Below, one piece after another: positions 37,101-50,074 of a stretch of DNA of 64,000 bases. Location of the stretch: contig CAJINV010000008.1 in the NCBI GenBank assembly GCA_905178155.1, forward strand, positions 434,001 to 498,000. The letters run 5' to 3'. The position numbers and the translations under genes are program-made. The notes under the pieces were generated by a model. That model saw only the letters and a list, made by a program, of their open reading frames with translations. It ran no database searches and was not told the DNA's origin. This stretch comes from Amoebophrya sp. A120. Taxonomy: Eukaryota; Protista; Dinoflagellata. Numbering within the stretch: the stretch's first letter is position 1; every line of letters starts with the position of its first letter.

Positions 37101-40100
37101 AGTCAATGACGTGGATGGTCGGAAATATGTCTTGCGGATTACGGGCGGAGTACGGCATGTTCCGTCTGTCACTCTGGGCAATGTTTTTCACCAAAAACAA
37201 GCACGGCTCGCCGGCTTTGTACCGGTAGGTGGTGTAGCCGTTCTTCTGTTCAAGCATGGCAGCAATGCGCTCCTGCAGAACGGTCGTATGTAGGTAGACT
37301 TGCCATCGCCACCGGGGCTGTTTTGTCGACTCTGTAGTTTTCTTTTCCGTGCCGTCGTCCTGGGCGTCCTTCATGCTGCTGTCCGCCTCCTCCGTGCTGC
37401 TGCCGCTATTCATGTATGGGCAAACCTCACCCTGCTCCTTGCCCCTCAGAAAAGGCTCCAGCGACTTCGGGTATTTCGCCTGGAAATTCGCAGCCGCATC
37501 GTCGTACGGCGCAATTTCCCCCTGCACGATCTGCCCCTTACACAGGTCGTTGCCCCCATTTGCTACCAGGTCAAAATACTGCCCGTTCGTCATACCTGTA
37601 TCAACAAAGTATAGTACAATCAGAAAATGCTTGATGATGCTCAGCAGCATACTAGATAGTCATGCTCATGCCACTGCTCGAGCTCGTCTCTGTCTGCGGT
37701 TAAAAATAAATATTTCATTTTAATACACGAACAACTACAAGTAGTGATAATCTCTCGCTATCAAACGTAGCAACAGTAGTACCTTTGAATTGCTTCCGGT
37801 TATCAGGAAGGTACCCGAATCTGAGCGCAGGGAGCAACATGTTATCGATCCACCCCGCAATCTGCTGCTGTCGCGAGTCTTTGAAGGTACCATTCCAATC
37901 TTTGTCGTCTGGAAGAGTGTGCTTCACGAATTTCTCCTTGTCGTTGACAGATCGGTAGTACCAGTCGTACATGACGTAGGGCGGATCCATGCGGTTGCGG
38001 TCGCCCTTGAATTTTCCCACAATCTGGTCCAACTGGTGGTAAGCGTAGATTCTGAAGTAGGCACTGTAGTTGAAGAACCACTGAAAAATGCTCGTGCACC
38101 GCTTCGAGTACTCGTCGTCTTCGTCCGGGGGCAGCTGAAGCCCGGGCGGGATCGTCGGTGGTTCGCTGCCAGCCGTCCGCGTGGACAGGCTCCAGTCCTT
38201 TTCTTTTTTGTCTTGCTCCTCCCCGGCCTGCTCGCTCTCGTTCTTGTTGTACTCTCCGGAGGTGGCGACGTCTTTTGAAGCGGTTTTTTCTTCGTTTCCT
38301 GGTGTGGACAAGTTCTTGATAAATTCTGTTCCTAGGTAATTGATGGCAGGTATACCCGTCTCGTAGTACAGGTAACTTGCCCAGTTGAACTGAAACAGAA
38401 TTTCCCTCGCTATGTCCTGCAGCGGTTCGCAATCTCGGAAAACGGCCTGGATGCGACGAAGCCCGTCCTTCTCGTTCGAAAATTGGATGAATCGTTTCAA
38501 GTTCTGCATCACATCGGTCTGCTCCCCCCGCTTCTGCAGATTGAACCTGTACTCCGCCATTGTTTGCGAAGGATACCCTTGCCTCGCAAGTTCTTCGGGG
38601 AGGTTCGTGTATTCGACGCCCTTAAAATATTCCGCGGCCATGTCGGCGTATCTCCAGTACTGAGGCTCGGTAAGCGGTAGGACCTCCAGGTTCGACAAAC
38701 CCGCTGTCTGCGCGCCGGAGGCGGTCTGCTGGCCAGGAGCGGGCGTTGCGTAGGCTGCGCTCATCTGCCCCATGCCGGCAGTCAGGGGCCCAGCGGTAAG
38801 GTGACCTGCCTCCTGCATAAACTCCGCCTGCGTCATGCCCCCCAGCGTTTTCCCGTTCAATTCCTCAAAGACCTGCGCGTGCGCGGTCCGGGCCTGTTCT
38901 TCTTCCTCATTCATTTTGTTTTTGTATTGGCTCCTGGCTTCCTCTCTATCCAACTGGCCGTCCCCGTGATCTCGGTTGTCCTGCAGAATTTTCTGTACAC
39001 CCGCTTTCATTTTCTCGTCCTCGTATTCGGTATTCACCCCGGCTTGCTGTTGCTCCTGCAGCTCGTGCTTGAGTTCATCCAACTTATCGTGGATTTTTGA
39101 CAGCTTCTGTCCGTAGGCGCCATCGATCCTGGGGTACAAACGTCGCATGAAATCGCGCCGCACGTCCCCCCACTCGCTGTCGTCGTCGTGGCCCTCTTCA
39201 CCCTCGCCAACACGCACTCCGAACAATTCCCCGAGGATGCGCTGAAACTGCGGCATGCCTTCCGTGATCCCCTGTGGAGGAATGTACTCGAACAGAAGCC
39301 GGGCCTTCCGCGGGCCGAGCCCCGGCAAGAAGTTCGCCAGCGCTCGCAGATTGGGACACCGCTTGAGCCGGTTGATACAGAGGCCCATCTTGCACACGAT
39401 GTCAATAATTTTGCTCTCCAGCTGGTTGTGCAGCCGCGTGAGTTCGAAGCACTCCTGCCCGGTCTTCAGCACCTTCACCTTCAGCAGTACGTTGCGTGCC
39501 GGCTGCTCGTGCCACAGGGCCAGCGCCTCCGCGAGTGGCTCCTGGGCCTGCCGGGCCATGGACAGACAGATCTTCATACCTACCGGTTTGTCGGCCGCCA
39601 GCGAGTGCCCGTCATCCTTCAAATGCTGGGCGGTGTGCTCGACCATGGGATGCGTTCCCATCAGCCGCGGCACGCGCATGTCTGCGATCACTACCTGCGG
39701 CATCCAGTCCCGGTACATGCCGAATTTGTCCTCGAAAAAAAGCTTGTCCTCTTGAAACTTGTTTCTGTTCTTCCTTTCCAGCTTCGCCTGCTCCGCGCGC
39801 TCCTTCTGCGATTTCGGGTTGACCCAGCCCACCTCGTCGCCCTCTTTCGCGTTGTCCGGAATTGGGACCCACATGTCGTCCACGGGTCGCTGCCCAATCA
39901 TAGGATCCTTGCGGATGTCCTTGTCGGCGTACTTGAATATTTCACTTGACAGCGAGACTTCGCTTCCGTCCTGGGTGAATTGAGATCGGTCGAAATAAAT
40001 GAACCGTCCTCTTTTTTTCCCGTCACTATATTCCTGCACGTTCCCCGCCAGTGCTTGGATAAATTTGTCCGGCGTACTTTCCGGGCCGTGATTCTTCGGC

Positions 40101-43100
40101 CACCAATCCTTGTACTTCTCGTTCCACAGGATCACGATACCAGGACCTGTGCCGTCGATCTTGATATCGGCAGTTTTTTGTATCACACCACGCTCGTCAC
40201 GATCGTAAAGATAGATTGGCCGAGTCAACGAAACCGTCTGCTCCTCTTGCTCACCTGAAGTGTAGGGCAGTAGGGACACTGACATTTGTTTGCAATAATA
40301 CGCACACCGCAGCGGGGGTACGACAACAACACATCATCTATCAAATATTTGTGGATGAGGCAACCTTTATTTTTGCTCCTTTGCATACCTAAACCTACCA
40401 TGTGGTCATTGCTTACATCACTTCAAATATACTGGAGCATCCAGGTTTCGATTATACCTGTTGGCTTCTTAATTTCGTTTCCGAAAGCGTCGGCTTGCAC
40501 ATCACCGTAACCGTCGGTCGTGGTGTGGATCGCCCTAATAATATCCTCGAAAACCCTCTTCCACTGTCCTAGCTGAAGCTTGCCGCGCAATACCGGTGGA
40601 CCACCGATAACCACTTGTGCGGGAAGCATTTCAATGATCAACCGGGCAAAAATGTCGCAGCCTTGCGGGAAATCCCGGGCGCTTTTCCCGATGAAAGCGT
40701 CTTTGGTTTCCGTGGAATTGATGGTAAAGACGGTCGACGTGAGGATCTCTCCGTACTCTCCCAACACAATGGCACGGAAACTTTGGCGAACCACCGCATT
40801 TTTTCCGCCCGTTTTGCCCTTTCCTTTTGCGCCCCCCGCGGCAGAATCATGCGTGGCGCTCTCGTCGGCGTAGATGGAAAGGGTTCGCACGCCTGCCGCC
40901 ATCGGGTTGTAGTGCGGACGCTGGGGATCTCGAATGAGCGCGCGGCCGTTGCTCACGTCCTCGATGACGGTTGCGCCAAACTCCTCCATCTTCTCGCGCA
41001 GCTTCGCAGTGTTCTCCGCCGAGACGTTCGCGTTGTTCTTTTGCTGCGTGTTTTCCAGCTCCTTCCGAACGTAGTCATCGTCAAGTGAGTACTCCAAAAA
41101 GGGCAGGGGGGGCTTCTGATCCAACATGCCCTCAAACTCCGCAAGCGCCTTCTGTTCGATTGCTTGCCGTGCCACATCACGAAGTTCATCCTTGAACTCG
41201 TCCCACGTCGCATCCACCAGCTCGTCGGTCAGCCGCAGGCACAGCTCGCGCCGCTCTTGCATCCACTCGTCTTTGTAGTACTCCTTGCGCCCACTGAAAA
41301 CGTCGGGGAAGAAGCACCTTTGCATCAGAGAAAAAAGCGGGTCTTCCTTGGCAATGATGTGCCCATTGTGCAGCTGCAGTTCGTCGGACGTGGAAGCGGA
41401 GATTTTCAGCTTAGACTTGTCGACACCCTCCAAGTTCGTCTTTCCCGTCCGCACCAATGCCTTGGTCACCCACCAGGGCTGATACTCCTTGTCGAATTGC
41501 TCCTTGTCGATGACCAAATTTCGGTCGCGAATTTCCTGCAACTCAAGCGCATCGATCCTGTCGTCGATTTTTCCCCCCGTTTCTCCATTAGTCAAGGCTT
41601 TCATCTTGGCTTGTTCCTTTTTTCTCAGTTTCGCCTGCAGTCCCTCTTTCTGCGCTTCCATGTATTTATTCTGTTTCACGCCGGTTTTCGGATTCTCGCA
41701 GTTACTGGCCTCGTAGCACTATCCGATGCAAAACTATCCCAGCCGTACCATACTGAGTGCAGGTGGTGGGCATGATGGTTCTCGAACAGCGTCCTGATCT
41801 GAATCTGTGAGAGGACAGATTCAATGTCCGCTGTTCTGCTTTTTGAAAAAAATCATATGCATAAGAGGCTGTACGATTAATCGACCCCCTTTTCGATACC
41901 GAAAAGGGGGGTAGAAGCGGGAATCTGACCGAGCTTACCCCCCCACGCCCCCCTTTTCGAATTCCGGGGGCTGTTTATCGCGAAACCTATCGCAAATCTG
42001 AATCCCGGCGGCACGGCGCGTTTCACGCCTTTCACCGCTTTGCTTTTTCAAAAGCGCAGCGGCAGCCACATGCGGCGCCCAGCTCCGCTGGATTGCGCGG
42101 CACGCTAGAGTGCGCAAAATACACAGCGCCGATGCTATGGAGCGAGTTCTCGTTTTTTCTTTTTCTTTTCAAAAAAAAAAACCGCAAGGGAAGCAAAGCG
42201 TAAGCGGCGCGCTTTCTGCTTCTCAAAATAAAGCCGGCTCCCGATCTCCCAAAACAAAGGGGGCGGCTTTCTTTCACAGAGTCCAGCAGCAGGACAGCTG
42301 CCCCAGAGTGAATCGTCTCCAACTTGATAGCAATCCCAGTTAGTTGTAGGCGTAGACCGTGGAGCCACTGTGCAAAAAAAGAGACGCTTCGCAGTAGCTT
42401 GGGAGCAGTTTGTAGAGCTAGACCCACTGCGGCGCAGCTCTACTGCTCAGAAACGGAGGCGGTTCGCAATGCATGATCATCCCGAAGCTTCTTCTCCTGC
42501 GAAGTTATTGGCCGCATTGCACGAAAACAGGGCTGCCACGCAATAGACCACCAGGAGGCAGCGACTTGTAACGCAGCATTGCACAACCACCCTCGGCATG
42601 TTGAAGCGACCATCTCAGCACTTCCTGCATTTGCATTTGGAAAAGCTGAGGCGGCCACTTCGACCACTGGGGCGGCACGCTCTCCGCTGCATGTTCTCCG
42701 CTGCGCGCGCGCACCAGCGCGCGCCGCGAGCTTTTTTTTCAGTTTGCGCGCGCGCGTCACGCGCTTGAAGCGATTTCTGTTGTTGCATCCGTATGCCGAA
42801 TCGCGCGCGCGCCGCGCGAGCCACAGACAAAAATTCTTTTCGTTGCTGCAGAAACTGCAACAGAAGGGAGACGCGCTGAGAATCCGCAGTAAACAAAACG
42901 AAATTTTTTTTGCCGGGGCGGGGAAGTTGCGGACTTTGATCTTTGAAGTCCGAAAAGGAAAATAGGTCGGGTCCGGAGCGACCAGGCCATGTCTGGATAC
43001 GACCCGCCAGACGATCGACCGCACCTACCCCCCCCTTTTCGGTATCGAAAAGGGGGCCCATTAATCGTACGGCCTCTAAGTAAATGCAATTTCCACCAGT

Positions 43101-46100
43101 ACGACTACGAGGATACTTTTGCAATTCATAAGTACAATCGGAACAAACTGTTGTCCGTCCGACCGTTCGCCGTCTCTTTGCTACGAGGATCGTTCCAGTG
43201 GTACAGCGGCTGTGCCCCCACACTCTGCCCCTCGTTCATCTTCTCATCGTTCAGCAAATCGAATTGCTCTATCCAAAGGAAAATGCTCGATCCCACCCCG
43301 GAAGAGACGCAAAGAATAAGAGTGGACTTCACCTTGTCACTCTCTCGTCAAAGTCCAAAGAAAAACCTTGAAGGAGGACTTCAAGACGCAGTCAGTGACC
43401 GCCTTCGTGAGGAATGATGTTGGTTTTCGTGAACCCAGTACTTAGACCTCTGAAGATGCAGACCTCACTTCCAGCAGCAGCAACCGGGTGCCGGCGACAT
43501 GGCACATTAGCCGGACGAGCTATGCCTGATCTTTTTTTCGAGGACACGAATAGGTCCTTATAAATACCGTTACAGCACATACATTTGTACAATTTTCAGT
43601 TTTACTCATCACAATCCTCTGCAGCCGCGATCGCTCAAATTGGTCTTCACAAACGCAATGCCGATATGTAAGTAAAGCGCCGGTCTTCACGATCGATAAC
43701 GTCATGCATCTTTGCAGGGGTGGGAGCCGCTTGGTTTTCTCGTGTTACTGTCTGCGATAGCCTTGTCCCACTTGTCGACTTGGTACATGGTAGTATCTTC
43801 ACCGTTCAACCATTTCAGTTTTGTCTCTTCCTCCAATTCCAGGTGGATATCTTCTGGTGTTAACTTTTCGTACAACCCGTTCATCCGCAGTCTTTCCCTG
43901 TACTGCTTTTTTTCCAGTCGTTCGCCTTTGATTTCGTTCTGGTGCAGCTTGCCTGAGTTTTTCTTCTCGCCGTCTTGTTCCTTGCCTTTGATCTTCTTGA
44001 GGTCCCGCTCGCGCACAATCCTTTTCAGCACCTTTCCTAGAAACCGGCTAATCTCATACATTTCGTCGATTCTCAAGTTTTTTCGGAGCTTGTTAGTGCG
44101 AACCTGCGCTATGTGCTTGTCCGACAAATATGCGTTTCTGAAGGCATGAACCGCTTTATTCAGCTGTGCGTTCCTGTCTTCACCGGTAAAATCAAATTTT
44201 TCCGACTTGAAGGGAGGATTGAAGTCGATGGGATATTCGAAGCGGTTCATGTCTGCAAATTTTTCTTCCTTGTGTTCGTACCAGTGGAGGAACTCCTGAA
44301 GCTCGGTCCGTGCCTCCGCAGCTGGCTGCAACAAGCTTTCGAGGTAGCTGCATGCCTTGTCGGTTCCGTACTCGTGGGCACACCTTTGGAGTTGCTGTGC
44401 GTTGTATTTCGCGACCAATTCAAGCTCAGCGAGCTGCTCTGCGAAAGCGGGTGGAATCGAGTTGAAAATCATTTCCTCAGAACTGATACAGCTGTTGTCA
44501 CTGTCGTACTGATACGTACCTGCTATTACTTAACTTGTGCTGGCACGTCGTGCCGCCGCGCACTGGCATGCAATCTTCCCCTTTGCAGTCGAATTAAAAA
44601 TTTCAAAAGCGGAACCCACGCTTCGAACATGACCTCACTACACACAGCAAACACGGTTCCGGGTGCAAGTGCAACATCGACGCTGCAGCAGCATTACATA
44701 GGGTTGTTCAAATAGACGTCTAGTACGTCTGCGTCTCACGATCAAAGGGCGAGACACTGCGACAAAGGGCGAGAGCTCCGCAGCTGGAGCTGCCTGCACT
44801 ATTTATCAAAAGCGCGCGCTTCCAATATGGGCGACACACTACAGATACTTCCGTGCTTAAATTTAATTAAAGTTCGCCCTACTTCTTTCATACAATCCTG
44901 GACAAAAACCTCGAGTCACCAGAGCGACTATGATCTCCACAGTGGCACAGCGGGGTCGCCTGACGAGAGGAAATCATTTTCAACTTGATAGGCTTCGTTG
45001 GGTCCTTGGTCATGCGGTTCAGCAGTTGGAGAGACGTTTTTTTCACGGTCCGGCGAGGCACCCACTTGTGCCAACAATGGTAGTCTAGAAAGCGCGGCAG
45101 ACCTGCTTTCAGCTCGTTCCGCATATCGCTGGGGTTCGTCTCGTGCTTGACGGCGAAGAGGTAATGCACGGTACACAGCTTGGCATGCTCGGCTTGGTGG
45201 ATATCCATCAAGAGGTCTCTCATGTCTTCATCTTTCGTGTCCAGCAGTTCCTCCATGCGCACCATCGCTGAATACCACTTTTCGTGCATGTATTTTGGGT
45301 TTTCATACGCGAGGTCGGAAGGCTTCGTGTACACAAAGGTCATCATCCGCATCAGCTGCGCGAAAACGGTACGTAGGCGTGGCTCAGCTTTAGCTAACTT
45401 CACGATAGTGTCCTCTACCTCCTGCGACAATTGTTCAATGGGCAAACGTGAGGGCAGGTCGGCGAACCGGTTTTTTGGATCGGTCCGGCAGTCTTTGTCC
45501 AGCAAAAACTGGTGCAAGCCCAAGACGGAATCAAACTTGTCGATCGTTGTGTTGCGCTGGCGGACCACCAGCGGCTTCTTAACCGCTGGATCCCCCGACG
45601 TCATAGCTCGGTGCCAATCCATCCCATACCATTGCTCGGCTGTGAAAGTGAGTGAGATGCTGATAAATGCCGACAATTTCTATAAGAATCTGTCACTAGT
45701 TGTAAGCATTTGCCCTCGGTGTGGGTTTGCAATAATATAATTTGATGGCTATATGTGAATAAGCAGCAAGACACGGGCGCAAATAGATATACGGGCGCCG
45801 AGTTCCCACGCTCGCGTCTTGTAGGTATCTGGTAGACAGAATGCGTTGGAAAACTTCGCCTCGATCTTGCCGTGTATGGAACCAAAAAACAAAGAAAATC
45901 TCAGTCGCTTGTTCGTTGGCTTCTGAAAGTCGCTGAAATGGAGTATGAGAAATTCCATATTACGGAATGCAACTCTGGAAGTAGAGGTACTCGTACTTCT
46001 TTTTCGCTTTTGTTCGAAACAAGAACATCAGAATGCATGGCGCTCATACTTCCTTGCATGGCACTCATACTACATACTCATCGTCCTTTAATAAAAGCAA

Positions 46101-49100
46101 CAGCAATCTTTCGAAGCGCGCGAAGACGAAAGCGAGTCAAGACATCTTTGTAGATTTCCCGCATAGCGTCCAGCGCTTCCGTATACCAAGTCGTCGAATG
46201 CAGCCAGAATTCCAGCGTCCTCCCCATCAGCAACGGCGAGGTGCACCAGGACCTGAGACCTTCGAACGCCCGCCACTCGTTTCCTGCCCCACGGGGATCA
46301 AATGTGTCTAGGCTGGCATCAGTTTGGTCAAACCCAAGCGCATGGATGAGGTCCCAGTGTCGCTGAATAGCGTCCATATCCGGAATCGACCGAAAGTGCG
46401 GCTCGTACCAGGTATACATGAAATTGATGTAACGAGTCAGCTTCATCTTCAAGTTACCCTCCAAAGCGAGATGCTCAGCGTTCGTAACAAAGTTACGCGG
46501 GAGCTTATTCGGCGTAATCCACACGCCACTTCGCGTTTCAAGGTCGAGGCTGACTTGCATCAAATCAGACGTTTTGCGGACACCACCTTCCGGGTTCTCA
46601 ATTCTTGCGTCCTCGATAATCTTCGTCAAGGATCTGGGGTCGCTGTCGAGCTGAAATAAAGGGAAGGCAAATTTTCTACAAGCAAACGTAAGTTGATGTA
46701 GTCCTTGTTTCCGATGAAGGTCGGTGATGTCAACATTGAGGTGGCTGCGAGTGCAGCCATGATGATTACGGCTTTGTTGTTTCATGTTCGCAACACATCA
46801 ACATTTGAGACTTGTTGTTGTTCTAACTCTAAGTCTAAGTGCACCAGTAATAAATAAGTACCGCTTTTTCCGCTTCCTGCTTCTTCGCCCCCTCGTCTTC
46901 GAATTTACCGTCCTCTGTTTGCAATTCACCCGCTGGAGTCACGCCCCCTGCCGACCCCAAAGGTGCGCTTGCGCTGTATTTGTTGTTGACGCCATCCATG
47001 AAGGGAGTGCTGGAGTTTTCATTCCAGCCAAAGTGGAATAGCAGCCCCTTGCCCTTGCCCTTCTTGCCGCCCTTCTTGCCTCCTCCTGCCGGCACGAGCG
47101 CGCCGCTCGCCGCGCCCGCGGTTCGGCCCCCCGCCGGCGTTCTCCCTGCGTCCACGTTGGCCGGTGTGATGGCGCCCCCCCCATCGATGCGAACGGTCTG
47201 CCCGGGTGTCATTCCGAGGCGTTCCCCGCCAGCCGGCGTGACAGTGCCACCCCCGTCGAAGGCGGTCAGTGTGCCGTCGCCGATTCCCGCTATCTGCGTC
47301 ATGGCGGCAATGTTGTCCCCTGGCAGACTGATTGCTCCGTCGTCCCCTCCATACAACGCAGGCGTGTTCCCCTGGTCGTAGTCCCCCATATAGACCGCGG
47401 ACATCCCACTGCTTGTGGTCTGCGCTCCAGAACCTATCCTGTGTAAAAATCTCCGTACCCCACAGCCAAGCTGGCAACTCTGCAATGTTACATACAAGTC
47501 CAGAACTTTAAGTATTCGGAGTCACGCTTCTATCTGTACCGTAATTCAGGATTATAGCAAGGACAGCAACATCACGACGAAGATGCCTGCTCATCCTGTC
47601 CTATCGTCATCCTGTTTGTACTTGTAGTTTCCAGCATTACAAATTCCGAAACACGACTGCGCATGCCTGTCAGCAGGGCCATAGACACTACAAATTTTCC
47701 TGTAGATGCAAATCTGCATCATGACAACTCTGCGGGCGGGATATAATTGTCACCCAGGATAACACCTGGCGTCTGGTTACCGCCGTCAAATCCGCGCCCT
47801 TCCGCTATGGAGTTCTCAAACGTCTTTACACTGATCGACGTCACGTGATTTTTGCCTGCTCGGTCAAGCAGAAGCAGAACCTCCTCCTCCATCAACATCG
47901 GCATGATAAAGCTAACCAGTAGCGTGTCAAGAATCTACTTGGGACGGCGCACTACATAGCATGATGGAGATCCGGAATGCAAGAAGCACAAAGTGAAAGT
48001 CCCGCCTTTTTCATCTCTTTCTCGTCTACTTGAGATATATTTTATCTTCACCAAAAATCTGGCTGCAAAACAATACGCCTATCTGTGAAGATCAGTGTAA
48101 CGTTTAAGAGAGGGTGCCATATCCGCGTTTGCCTTCCGTCGCGCCGTCTCGCGTTCGATCATCTTCTGTTCTGAGAGTTTTTCACCCGCCCAAAGCCTGT
48201 CGTACTCTTGCATAAACTCGCAGTCTTTGACATTGACTCTCCGGAATTGAATCAGGTCGTGGCAGTACTCGGGCATCTCCCTTTGCGCGGTCACCACAAA
48301 TTGGGCGTCAAAGATGGTCATCTGCGTCACTTTCCGAACGAGCTCATCGTATTCCAATATCTTCCACCAAATTTCGTTGGCCCACTCCAGGTCCTTTTGG
48401 AAGATGAAATCCAGGTCTGCTAGTTCCTGTAAGCAGTCCCTGCCGATCAATCGCCAGCCGAAGTCGTTTTTGATAGTTGCGGGCTCGTAACAGTGTCCGT
48501 CCCACTTTCCGCGCAGCATTTTGAGCACGTCTAAAACGATGTGACGAGACTTCTTCACCGAAGTGCCCGCGCGATCTTTAAGGTAGTCTGCAAAGTTTTT
48601 GGACCCACCTGCGGCCGCGGTGGTCGCGCTAGCAGGCGGCTTCTGGTTGATGATCCAGTTCGCCTCTAAGCTGAGTTCGGCTTCCGTAAACTCGACCCAC
48701 AGATCCTGGTAGGCCTTCACGCGGGCCTCGTTCGCATTCACGAGTCGTGGTTTGTCCACTTCTTGCTTCGTATTCTTGTCGAGTACCCGGTCCATCACCT
48801 TGTGACGCCGCACCTTGTCCCAGCCCTGCTCATACCTTCTCTGGTAGCGAAAGTACAGGCGTTCGGGCACGGGGAAGAGCTGCAGAATCTGGTCCGCTTG
48901 GGAGCGGTACAGCAATTTCATCGTCTGCCCCTGCTGCGCCCGCTGCACTTTAAGCCGGTTTCGCATGGCGACGGTGGGCTGCTGCAGAGCGACGCCTGCT
49001 CCCGCAGACGTCTTCATTCCACCCGTTGCACTCTTCGAGCCCATCGTCGTGGGGGGTAGCTGCGTCGGCTTTTCTACGTTCTCCCCCACCTGGGCGGCTC

Positions 49101-50074
49101 GCTCGTCTGGCGGCAGGTGATCCAATTTTCGCTGCTCCGGTACGGCATCGAGCCACATTTTGTTCGGGTCCAAAATCTCGTCCAGATCACCACCACCGAA
49201 CATTCGTTCGATGTCCAGCTTCTGGTCATCCGTGAGTTCCTGTTTTGCGCCCCGGAGCTCTGTGTCCTGCAGCCGTTGCCTCTGTAGACGCTCCTGCACG
49301 ATTTTCTTGGCTTCGCGCTCCGTGTGCTCGATCAAGCCGTCGCCGGTCTCTTCGGCGGTGAGTTGCGCGGCCCAGTACCCAGGTTTGCCTTCCCGTTCAT
49401 CCGCACGAGCTGCTCCTACTGCCCCCGGCAGGACGAAGTTACTCCTCGAGCCAGCGGCGCGACCGGCCCCGACATTCAGGAAACTGCCCGCGTTCTGTCC
49501 CGCGACACTGTCAAGCAAACTCTCCTCGACGGCTGGCGTGGCCTTCTTCAGCCGAGACAGCACTGGCGGCCCGCTCTCTTGTTCCGCGGGTCGCATGTCG
49601 ACATCCTCCCCGAGGAGACCACCCTCCGCGAACAGCCCCATTCCGTCGTCATTGCTGTCCTCCTCATCGTCAACGATGAAGTCTGATGATTTTATAAAAT
49701 CTGATGTTTTGGTGCTCCTGCACGTCTTGCATATGCATGGCAACTAATTTTATTTGCGATTATGAAACACGAGGACCAGCATAGCAGCTAGAGCTTTCGG
49801 CTTCATCAGGTGGATGAAAGCAGTTCGGGGTAGCACGTACGCAGCTAGTATAAGTTTAAGTATTTCCTAACTAAAAATCCCCACAAACAACATTTTTGAT
49901 TCTGATTTGCAGATAAGTACCGTCCATTTCCTTTTTTCGCTGCTGCTCCTCAGGATCGGAGTCGCTGAGGGCAACATCCTCGCTTTCCTCGCTGCTCCTC
50001 GGGTTCGGCGGGAGGTCGTCCCCCTCGGCTTCCACAGCCTCGGTCTCCAGGAAATCTTTCGCTTTATCCCCCAT
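34125..50074 (-). CDS. SPT6: Transcription elongation factor / histone chaperone SPT6, multi-exon and greatly expanded
   Basis: Spt6 motifs appear in order: acidic N-terminus SDSDPEE..EMD|DFIVDDEE; PVPERLY; EAELSLEANWI; AEPRLRTVF; WMQERRE..EFKDELRDVAR; YqgF-like AIVLGEYGEIL/PAQVVIGG; LSMARQAQEPL; HhH NFLPGLGPRKA; S1-like KGQIVQGEI; tandem SH2 (QGTVLFR, VFNDLDHFSNAYITPM, NPGHIVMAW, EHISVDHDGFR, FEKLDALYQWF). Last exon ends ...AKQQKR* (TAG 34125-34127). Exact exon boundaries are only partly resolved. Confidence 0.85.
41865..43076. mobile_element. Non-autonomous PIF/Harbinger-type TIR element (1,212 bp), TSD TAA, in an SPT6 intron
   Basis: ~48-bp TIR GAGGC(T/C)GTACGATTAAT..CCCCCTTTTCGATACCGAAAAGGGGGG(GG)TAG. 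TAA at 41862-41864 and 43077-43079; a 3-bp TAA/TTA TSD is the PIF/Harbinger hallmark. No transposase ORF inside. Confidence 0.85.
47435..47761. mobile_element. Decayed family-B introner (327 bp) forming a canonical GT-AG intron (47434-47765)
   Basis: Ends TATCCTGTGTAAAAAT... and ...AATTGTCACCCAGGATA. TSD diverged (GAACC/ACACC). On the minus strand CCAG|GTGTTATC...GGATAG|GTTCT gives NQTPG|SGAQT in frame. Confidence 0.8.

Noticed and set aside
41935-43223. ORFs inside the Harbinger-type element as a possible transposase
   Set aside because: They are short and low-complexity, with no DDE or Myb-like motifs.
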